From an uncultured Bacillota bacterium (GTDB taxonomy: Bacteria; Sysuimicrobiota; Sysuimicrobiia; Sysuimicrobiales; Segetimicrobiaceae): DNA of 64,000 nucleotides. The position numbers were made by a program, and so were the translations under genes. The stretch covers positions 224,001-288,000 of the forward strand of contig CAWDRG010000009.1 of the NCBI GenBank assembly GCA_963804645.1. The letters run 5' to 3'. Below are positions 57,101 to 64,000 of the stretch, piece after piece. Numbering within the stretch: position 1 is the first letter of the stretch; the number at the start of each line of letters is the position of its first letter. The notes under the pieces are model-generated. The model was not told the origin of the DNA and made no database searches. It saw only the letters and a list, made by a program, of their open reading frames with translations.

Positions 57101-57532
57101 ATGCGTACGTTCACGAGGACGTTGATGCTGGTGATCCTGCTCGCGGCGGCGGCCGCGCTGCCCGCTGCCGCGGTGGCCGACAGCGCGCCCTCCCACACGC
57201 TGGTCTGCATGACCGCGCCGACGGGCCCGCTCGCCGGACCGGCCGCGCCGGCCGCGCAGCCGCCCCTGTCGCTGGGCACGCCCAAGGGCACCGCGGCCGG
57301 CCCCACCACGACCGTGCCGCCCGTCATCCTGCTGACCCCGCAGCCTCAGACCGGCGCGTACGTGGTCCCGACGCTGACGACGATGCCGTCGCTGCCCGGC
57401 GTGACGGTGTACGCGCCGCAGGTCGTGATCCCGCCGCTGCCGGCGCCCGGGCAGAATCGGGCGGTCGCCGCGACGGGCCAGCTCCAGGGCGTGGTCGGGC
57501 CGTCCGCCGCCGCGACGCCGATCTGCTACTGA
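57101..57532 (+). CDS. Secreted Pro/Thr-rich hypothetical protein
   Basis: Clear signal peptide MRTFTRTLMLVILLAAAAALPAAA. Single Cys near each end of the mature part. Confidence 0.65.
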   Translation: MRTFTRTLMLVILLAAAAALPAAAVADSAPSHTLVCMTAPTGPLAGPAAPAAQPPLSLGTPKGTAAGPTTTVPPVILLTPQPQTGAYVVPTLTTMPSLPGVTVYAPQVVIPPLPAPGQNRAVAATGQLQGVVGPSAAATPICY

Positions 57533-59049
57533 TCGAGCCCGTAGAGCTCCCCGAACTTCTCCCGTAGATACGCGAGGTACGGCTCCGGGGTGAGCGGGCC
57601 GCCGGTCGCGCGAATCATGAGATCGCGCGGCGTGAGCTTCCGGCCGTACGCGTGCACGTGCGCGCGCATCCACGCGAGCAGGGTCTCGAACTCGCCGTGC
57701 CGGATTCGGTCGACCAGGTCCGGGTGCGCCCGCCGCGCGGCCTCGAACAACTGCACCGACGCGACGTTCCCGATCGTGTACGACGGAAAGTAGCCGATCA
57801 GGCCGGCGGCCCAGTGCGTGTCCTGCATCACCCCGTCGGCGTCCGTGGGTGGCGTCAGTCCGAGGTACGCGGCCATCTTCGCGTTCCACGCCTCCGGCAA
57901 GTCGGCGACGCGCAGCGCCCCGCTGATCACCGCCTGCTCGAGCTCGAAGCGCAGGATGATGTGAAGGTTGTACGTGACCTCGTCCGCGTGGATCCGGATG
58001 AGCGTCGGCCGCACGCGGTTGATCGCGCGGTAGAACGTGTCCGCATCGAGGACCCCGAGCTGCGCGGGGAACGCCCTGCGGAGGGCGGGGAACGCGTGCT
58101 CCCAGAATCCGCGGCTGCGCCCAACCAGGTTCTCCCACATCCGCGACTGGGACTCGTGGATGCCCATGCCCGCCCCGTCGGCGAGCGGCGTGCGCGACAG
58201 CGATGCCGGGATGCCCTGCCCGTACATCGCGTGGCCGGACTCGTGGAAGATTCCAAAGATCGCCCCGAGCCCGCTGGGCCGGAACCGCGTCGTGATCCGC
58301 ACGTCGTCCCGGCTGAAATCCGTGCAGAAGGGGTGCGCGGAGACGTCGAGGCGGCCGCGGGTCGTATCGTAGCCAAACGCCTCCGCCATCGCGAGCCCGA
58401 ACGCGCGCTGCGGCGCCTCCGCGTATGCGGCATCGAGGACGTCGCCTCGGGCGGCCGTCCCGCGCTCTGTGATCGCGCGCACCAGCGGCACCGTCACTTC
58501 GAGCAGGCGGTCGAACAGCGCCCGCACCTCGCGGGAGGTCAGATCCGGCTCGCAGTCGTCCAGCAGCGCGTCGTAGGGGTGCTCGCGATAGCCAAGATAA
58601 TCGGCCTCCCGCCTCGCGAACTCGAACAGCCGCTCGAGGTGGGGGCGGAACGCCGCGAAGTCGTTGCGCGCGCGCGCCTCCTGCCAGACGGAGGTGCCGA
58701 GCGACGCCGCCTGCTGCTGCTCCGCCACGAACTCGGGCGGCAACTTGATCGCCTTCGTCAGATTGCGCCGGGTGACCCGAAGCAGCGCCGCGTCGTCGGA
58801 GTCCGCGTCGAGCCCGGCCCCGAGCGTCTCGGCCGCATCGAGCAGCGACTGCGTGCGCGTGGACGTGAACTGCTCGTGCGCGAGCTTGGCCAGCGTCGCG
58901 AGCTGCACCGCCCGCGCCTCCGCGCCGCCGGGCGGCATGTAGGTGTGCTGATCCCAGTCAAGGACGGCCGCCGCCGATTGGAGATCGGAGACCGTGGCGA
59001 GGTGCTCCTTCAGCTCGTCGAACGCCTTGCGGGCGGTATCCTGGGACAT
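57526..59049 (-). CDS. M32 carboxypeptidase (carboxypeptidase Taq family)
   Basis: WDQHTYMP, HPF, DVRITTR, HESGH, HESQS, IRIHADE and GYFPSY motifs. Confidence 0.95.
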   Translation of the reverse strand: MSQDTARKAFDELKEHLATVSDLQSAAAVLDWDQHTYMPPGGAEARAVQLATLAKLAHEQFTSTRTQSLLDAAETLGAGLDADSDDAALLRVTRRNLTKAIKLPPEFVAEQQQAASLGTSVWQEARARNDFAAFRPHLERLFEFARREADYLGYREHPYDALLDDCEPDLTSREVRALFDRLLEVTVPLVRAITERGTAARGDVLDAAYAEAPQRAFGLAMAEAFGYDTTRGRLDVSAHPFCTDFSRDDVRITTRFRPSGLGAIFGIFHESGHAMYGQGIPASLSRTPLADGAGMGIHESQSRMWENLVGRSRGFWEHAFPALRRAFPAQLGVLDADTFYRAINRVRPTLIRIHADEVTYNLHIILRFELEQAVISGALRVADLPEAWNAKMAAYLGLTPPTDADGVMQDTHWAAGLIGYFPSYTIGNVASVQLFEAARRAHPDLVDRIRHGEFETLLAWMRAHVHAYGRKLTPRDLMIRATGGPLTPEPYLAYLREKFGELYGLDQ

Positions 59050-59084
59050 GCTCCCACGCTCCTTTGTCGGGCCGCGGCCCGTCG

Positions 59085-59651
59085 TCAGCCGAGCGGTGTC
59101 TGCGCCGCGCGCACCCGCCGGCCCGGCGCCGGCGGCGGACCCGGGTAGGTTACCGCGGTCCCGGTGACCACCGCCCACGGCGTGAGCGCGTGCGCACGGC
59201 TGCTCCCGGGACCCATGAGATCCACGACCGTGTCCCCATGCGCGACGAGCGCGTCCGCGACGAGCGAGCGGTGACAGCGCCACGGCACGGCCTCGGCGCA
59301 CATGATCGCGACCGGACCCTCGGCGTCGGCGATGCGCCGCAGCGACCGCAGGGCCGCGTCGAACTCCGGCGTCTGCATGTAGTCGGCGAACCCGCGGAAG
59401 CTCGCGTTGCGCCACGCCGTGTTGGTCGAGTCCGCGCGCGGCTTCCGGAGACCGCCGAGCGCGCCGAGGTGATGGTAGCGGATGCCGAACGACGGCAGGC
59501 TCACGGCCAGCGCATCCTGGTTGAACTGCGGCACGCGCCGCGACCGCGGCACGGTGCGGATATCGACCAGCGTCCGCACCCCGGCGCTCCGCAGCAGGTC
59601 GACAAACTCCTCCAGGGTGCGGGTCGAATGTCCGATCGTGAAGACGCGCAT
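59085..59651 (-). CDS. DUF488-family protein
   Basis: FTIGHSTR, LVDIR..PRS, WRNASF..FADYM and MCAEAVPWRCHR motifs. Confidence 0.92.
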   Translation of the reverse strand: MRVFTIGHSTRTLEEFVDLLRSAGVRTLVDIRTVPRSRRVPQFNQDALAVSLPSFGIRYHHLGALGGLRKPRADSTNTAWRNASFRGFADYMQTPEFDAALRSLRRIADAEGPVAIMCAEAVPWRCHRSLVADALVAHGDTVVDLMGPGSSRAHALTPWAVVTGTAVTYPGPPPAPGRRVRAAQTPLG

Positions 59652-59768
59652 CGGGACTCCGCCGCCCGACCCTCCCTGGCTCCCCGCGGGCCGGACACGA
59701 CCGCAGACGAGTTCGCCGCGGGCCGCCGCGGGGTCCTCTCGTCACGGGATGCTATACTAAAGAACGCC

Positions 59769-61241
59769 GTGGAACTTGCCGATGTGCGCCGCCGCATCGA
59801 AGATCGGGACGCGTTCGCGCGCGCCCTGCGCGGTGCGCTGGCCCCGGACCGGGTGTTCAACCACCCCGCGGACCTCATCGCGTACGAGTACGACGGGTCC
59901 GTGCTGACGTCGCTGCCGGACCTCGTCGTGCTCCCGACATCGACCGAAGAGGTCGTGGCGGTCCTGGGGATCGCCGCGCGCTTCGACGTGCCGGTGATCG
60001 CGCGCGGCAGCGGGACGGGCCTCTCCGGCGGCTCGATCACGCCGATCGGCGGCGTCGTCGTCTCGATGAGCAAGATGAACCGGATCCTGTCCGTGGATCT
60101 CGACAACCGCTGTGCGGTCGTCGAGCCGGGGGTGATCAACCTCGACATCACCCGCGCCGTGGAGCGCGACGGGTACTTCTACGCCCCGGACCCGAGCAGC
60201 CAGTCGGCGTGCAGCATCGGCGGCAACGTGGCGAACAACAGCGGGGGCGTCCACACGCTCGCGTTCGGCGTGACGACCAATCACGTCCTCGGCCTCGAGA
60301 TGGCGCTGCCCGACGGGACGATCGTCCAAGTGGGCGGCCGCGGCGCCGACGAGCCCGGCCTCGACCTCGTGGGGTTGATCGTCGGCTCCGAGGGCACGAT
60401 CGGCATCGTCACCAAGGTCACCGTCCGCCTGATGCGGCGGCGCGAGGCGGTTCGGACGATGCTCGGGATCTTCGCGACGATCGAAGCGGCGAGCCAGGCG
60501 GTCGCCGACATCATCGCGTCGGGCATCGGTCCGACGTCGCTCGAGATGCTCGATCATCTCACGGTCGAGGCGGTGGAACCCGCGGTCCACGCCGGGCTGC
60601 CGTACGATGCGGGCGCCGTGCTCCTGATCGAGGTCGAGGACGTGCGCGAGAGCCTCGCGCGTTCCGCCGAGATCGTCGAACGCCTGTGCCGCGAGAGCGG
60701 CGCGCGCGAGGTGCGGGTCGCCAAGTCCGAGGAGGAGCGCGCGCTCTACTGGGCCGCGCGGAAGGGCGCGTTCGGCGCGATGGGGCGGCTGGCCCCGAAC
60801 TACTACCTGCACGACGCGGTGGTCCCGCGCAGCCAGCTCCCCGCGATCATGCACCGGATCGTCGACATCGCCGGCCGGTACCAGATCCGGGTCGCCAACG
60901 TGTTTCACGCGGGGGACGGCAACCTCCACCCGCTGATCCCGTACGACGCCGCGGTTCCGGGCGAGAGCGAGCGCGTGCTGGCGGCGAGCGAAGAGATGCT
61001 GGCCGCGTGCGTCGCCGCCGGCGGCAGCATCAGCGGGGAACATGGGATCGGGTTCGAGAAGAACAACTACATGCCGTGGATCTTCTCGGACGCCGACCTC
61101 GCGGCCCAGCGCCGGCTCAAGACGGCGTTCGATCCAGACGACCGCATGAACCCCTACAAAGTGTTCCCGACGCCGGTCTCGTGCGGAGAGCTGCTGACGA
61201 ACCGGCCGCGCCGCCTCGCGGCGTCCGGATTGTGGATCTAG
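59769..61241 (+). CDS. glcD: Glycolate oxidase FAD subunit GlcD-like
   Basis: ARGSGTGLSGG, PDPSSQ..CSIGGNVA, GSEGT, FHAGDGNLHP and GEHGIG motifs. Confidence 0.9.
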   Translation: MELADVRRRIEDRDAFARALRGALAPDRVFNHPADLIAYEYDGSVLTSLPDLVVLPTSTEEVVAVLGIAARFDVPVIARGSGTGLSGGSITPIGGVVVSMSKMNRILSVDLDNRCAVVEPGVINLDITRAVERDGYFYAPDPSSQSACSIGGNVANNSGGVHTLAFGVTTNHVLGLEMALPDGTIVQVGGRGADEPGLDLVGLIVGSEGTIGIVTKVTVRLMRRREAVRTMLGIFATIEAASQAVADIIASGIGPTSLEMLDHLTVEAVEPAVHAGLPYDAGAVLLIEVEDVRESLARSAEIVERLCRESGAREVRVAKSEEERALYWAARKGAFGAMGRLAPNYYLHDAVVPRSQLPAIMHRIVDIAGRYQIRVANVFHAGDGNLHPLIPYDAAVPGESERVLAASEEMLAACVAAGGSISGEHGIGFEKNNYMPWIFSDADLAAQRRLKTAFDPDDRMNPYKVFPTPVSCGELLTNRPRRLAASGLWI

Positions 61242-61267
61242 CGAACCCGAGCAGAGGAGCCGTTCCG

Positions 61268-62617
61268 ATGGCCACGCAGGTCACGACCGCAGCCCAGCCC
61301 TCCGCCTCCCGGGAGATCCCGGCGGCGCAGCCGATTCCGCGCCTGCTGATTCCCGAGCTGGACAAGTGCATCCAGTGCGGGTTTTGCCTGCCAGCGTGTC
61401 CCACCTACCGCCTGCTGGGCGTCGAGCCCGAGTCGCCCCGCGGCCGCATTCACCTCGTCGAAGCGGCGGCGCAGGGGCGGATCCCGATCGACGCGCGGTT
61501 CGAGGAGCACATGTACGTGTGCCTCGGGTGCCGCGCGTGCGAAACGGCATGTCCCGCGGGTGTCAAGTTCGGCACGATCATCGAGGCCGCGCGCGCCGAG
61601 ATCGGCCCCACCGGATCGCCGCTCGCGCGGCGGATGACGCTCGCCGCGATGCGCCAGCTGATGCCCTACCCCGGCCGCCTCCGCGCGGGCGCCCGCCTCC
61701 TGCGGCTCTACCAGCGCAGCGGCCTCGGCCGGCTCGCACGGGCCCTGCACCTCATGCCGGCGCGGCTCGCCGAGATGGAGTCGCTCCTGCCCCAGGTCCC
61801 CGACGCGTTCTTCGCGCCGCACGACGTCTACCCGGCGATCGGCACGCGGCGCGCCCGCGTCGGCCTCCTCAGCGGCTGCGTCATGCCGCTCTTGTTCGCG
61901 GACATCAACGAGGCGACGATCCGCGTCCTGCAGCGCAACGGGTGCGAGGTCGTGGTCCCGAAGAACCAGGGCTGCTGCGGCGCGCTGAACATTCACAACG
62001 GCGAGCGGGACGCGGCCAAGCGGATGGCCCGCCGGAACATCGAGACGTTTCTCGGCGCGGACGTGGACGCGGTCATCATCAACGCCGCCGGCTGCGGCGC
62101 GACCAGCAAGGAATACGACGTGCTGTTCCGCGACGACCCGGCGTACGCGCCGCGGGCCGAGGAATACAGCCGGCGGTGCCGCGACATCTCGGAGTTTCTC
62201 GGGGCGCTCGGGCTCGTGGGCGAGCTCGGCGAGGTGCGGGCGCGGGTCACGTACCAGGATCCGTGCCACCTCGTGCACGGCCAGGGCATCCGCCGGCAGC
62301 CCCGCGACCTGCTGCGCCGCATTCCCGGCCTGGAGCTCATCGAGCTCCAGGGATCGGACCGCTGCTGCGGCAGCGCCGGCATCTACAACGTCGTGCAGCC
62401 CGCGTACTCGCGCCGCATCCTCGAGGAGAAGATGGACGCGGTCGAACAGACCGGCGCCGAGATGATCGTCGCCCCGAACCCGGGCTGCATGCTGCAGCTC
62501 GGCGCCGGCATCCGCGCGCGCGGCGCGCACGTCGAAGTGCACCATCTCATCGACCTGCTCGACCGCGCGTACGCCGCCGCGGACGCGGCGGCCAAGCCGG
62601 CCGCACCCGCGTCATGA
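61268..62617 (+). CDS. glcF: Glycolate oxidase Fe-S subunit GlcF-like
   Basis: CIQCGFCLPACP, CLGCRACETACP and two CCG domains. Confidence 0.9.
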   Translation: MATQVTTAAQPSASREIPAAQPIPRLLIPELDKCIQCGFCLPACPTYRLLGVEPESPRGRIHLVEAAAQGRIPIDARFEEHMYVCLGCRACETACPAGVKFGTIIEAARAEIGPTGSPLARRMTLAAMRQLMPYPGRLRAGARLLRLYQRSGLGRLARALHLMPARLAEMESLLPQVPDAFFAPHDVYPAIGTRRARVGLLSGCVMPLLFADINEATIRVLQRNGCEVVVPKNQGCCGALNIHNGERDAAKRMARRNIETFLGADVDAVIINAAGCGATSKEYDVLFRDDPAYAPRAEEYSRRCRDISEFLGALGLVGELGEVRARVTYQDPCHLVHGQGIRRQPRDLLRRIPGLELIELQGSDRCCGSAGIYNVVQPAYSRRILEEKMDAVEQTGAEMIVAPNPGCMLQLGAGIRARGAHVEVHHLIDLLDRAYAAADAAAKPAAPAS

Positions 62618-63942
62618 CCGACGCCCTCGTCGACCGCGCCCGGGCGATCGTCGGCGCGGACCACGTCGTCGCGGATCCGGCCTCGCTCGCGGCCTACGCG
62701 GTGGACGGCGTGGTGCCGTCGCTCCTCGCCCGCCCCGCCACCGCGGAGGAGACCGGGGCACTGCTCGCCGCGGCCGGGGAGTGCGGGGCGGGCGTGCTGC
62801 CGCGCGGCGCCGGGGCGCACCAGCATCTTGGGACGGTCCCGTCGCGCGCGGACCTCGTGATCGAGACGACGCGGCAGACCGGGATCACGGATTATACGCC
62901 CGCGGACTATGTCGTCGCCGTGCGCGCCGGCACGCGGCTGCGCGACCTCCAGGCCGAGCTCGCCGTCCACAACCAATGGCTGCCGCTCGATCCGCCCGGG
63001 GCGGCGCGCGCGACCGTGGGCGGCGTCGTCGCCGCCAACCGCAACGGGCCGCGGCGCCTCTTGTGGGGCTCGGTCCGAGATCTCCTGATCGGCATCCGCG
63101 TCGCGCTCCCGACCGGGGAGGTGATCAAAGCCGGCGGCAAGGTCGTGAAGAACGTGGCCGGCTACGACCTCGGGAAGCTGTTCATCGGCAGCCTCGGCGG
63201 CGCGGGCGTGATCACGGAAGCGACGTTCAAGATCTCGCCGCTGCCCGGGGACGGCGTCACGATCGCGGTCGCGGTGCCCGATCTCGAGGCGGCCCGCGCG
63301 CTCGTGACATCGGTGATGCGGTCCCAGCTCCTCCCCGCGGCGCTCGAAGCCGTCAACCCGCCCGCGCTCCGCCGGCTCGCCGCCGCGGCGGGGATGCCAG
63401 GCGCGGACGGGAACGCGTGGGGCGTGCTGATGCTGGCCGAGGGCCTCGAAGAGAGCCGGACGCGGCACATCGACGAGATGCGCTCGCTCGTCCAGGCACC
63501 CGCGCGGATGGACGTGCTCGAGGGCCCGGTCCACCGCGCTCTGTGGGACGCGATCGCGGAGTTTCCGTCCCCGGAGACTCATCCGGGACGCGTCGTGTGG
63601 CGGGCCGGCGCCCCGATCGCGCGCTGGGTCGCCTTGGCCCAGGCACTCGCCTCACCCCGGGCGGACGCCGAGCCGGTCGAGATCGTCGCGCACGCCGGCG
63701 TCGGCCTCGTCTACGCCGCCGCGCCGGCCGCGCAGGCGCGGGACGCCGCGGAGTCGCTCGGACGCGCCGCCGCGGACGCGGGGGGCTACGCGGTGGTCGA
63801 GTCGGCCCCGCCGGCCCTCAAGGCGCAGCTCGCGGTGTGGGGCGCCGAGCCGGGCGGCCTCGAACTGATGCGGAAGCTGCGCGCCGCCTATGATCCGCAG
63901 GGCGTGATGATCCCGGGCCGGCTGGGGTGGGGCCTCTCGTGA
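62614..63942 (+). CDS. glcE: Glycolate oxidase FAD subunit GlcE-like
   Basis: LPLDPP, ATVGG and GGKVVKNVAGYDLGKLFIGSLG motifs. Confidence 0.9.
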   Translation: MTDALVDRARAIVGADHVVADPASLAAYAVDGVVPSLLARPATAEETGALLAAAGECGAGVLPRGAGAHQHLGTVPSRADLVIETTRQTGITDYTPADYVVAVRAGTRLRDLQAELAVHNQWLPLDPPGAARATVGGVVAANRNGPRRLLWGSVRDLLIGIRVALPTGEVIKAGGKVVKNVAGYDLGKLFIGSLGGAGVITEATFKISPLPGDGVTIAVAVPDLEAARALVTSVMRSQLLPAALEAVNPPALRRLAAAAGMPGADGNAWGVLMLAEGLEESRTRHIDEMRSLVQAPARMDVLEGPVHRALWDAIAEFPSPETHPGRVVWRAGAPIARWVALAQALASPRADAEPVEIVAHAGVGLVYAAAPAAQARDAAESLGRAAADAGGYAVVESAPPALKAQLAVWGAEPGGLELMRKLRAAYDPQGVMIPGRLGWGLS

Positions 63943-64000
63943 CGCGCCGCACCGTCGTCACCCTCGCCGCGATGCTCGGGATGTTTCTCAGCGGCGTGGA
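63939..64000 (+). CDS. Start of a probable MFS transporter (3'-partial)
   Basis: GTGA coupling. MTRRTVVTLAAMLGMFLSGV resembles the first TM of DHA2-type MFS proteins. Confidence 0.45.
   Translation, partial: MTRRTVVTLAAMLGMFLSGV

Noticed and set aside
1..64000. CRISPR array, rRNA, prophage structural genes, known defence systems
   Set aside because: No repeat-spacer arrays or recognisable cas, phage or defence motifs were seen.

Overview
64 kb of a very GC-rich bacterial chromosome. A PEP-CTERM gene suggests a diderm host with an exosortase; the lineage cannot be fixed from this window. The left end (1-5.8 kb) is accessory: a partial PEP-CTERM gene, a 5'-truncated tRNA-Gly(CCC) remnant flanked by integrase-arm-like repeats, a protein with a DUF4157-like motif, a PQQ-type beta-propeller and small proteins. 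The centre (11-43 kb) is a large phosphate-themed region: ppx-ppk1, a NAGPA-like phosphodiester glycosidase, uppP, pstCAB-phoU, phoBR, pstS and a secreted phospholipase C/phosphoesterase. Embedded in it is a six-gene GAK-type operon of unknown function (PHP phosphoesterase, two amphi-Trp proteins, PhoU-kinase fusion, ATP-grasp ligase, HprK-related kinase). One promoter architecture, 11-bp-phased TTAAC-like repeats followed after exactly 10 nt by a -10 hexamer, recurs six times. It sits upstream of pstC, pstS, plc, the GAK operon, an uncalled 47-aa membrane microprotein, and a divergent membrane-protein/RNase H-like pair. This indicates a PhoB regulon that includes the GAK operon. An 890-bp IS4-like remnant with ~150-bp inverted ends and an 11-bp target duplication sits in the pstS repeat array. 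The right half is mostly ordinary metabolism: peptide-type ABC binding proteins and permeases without ATPases, HD-GYP, two degenerate ImmA/IrrE-like proteins, CtpA, SppA, an MBL hydrolase, glycerate kinase, glgA-galT, creatininase/amidohydrolase, an M32 peptidase and glcDFE. Three otherwise intact genes carry single-base frameshifts, possibly assembly errors. Family calls are from motif recognition, not database searches.
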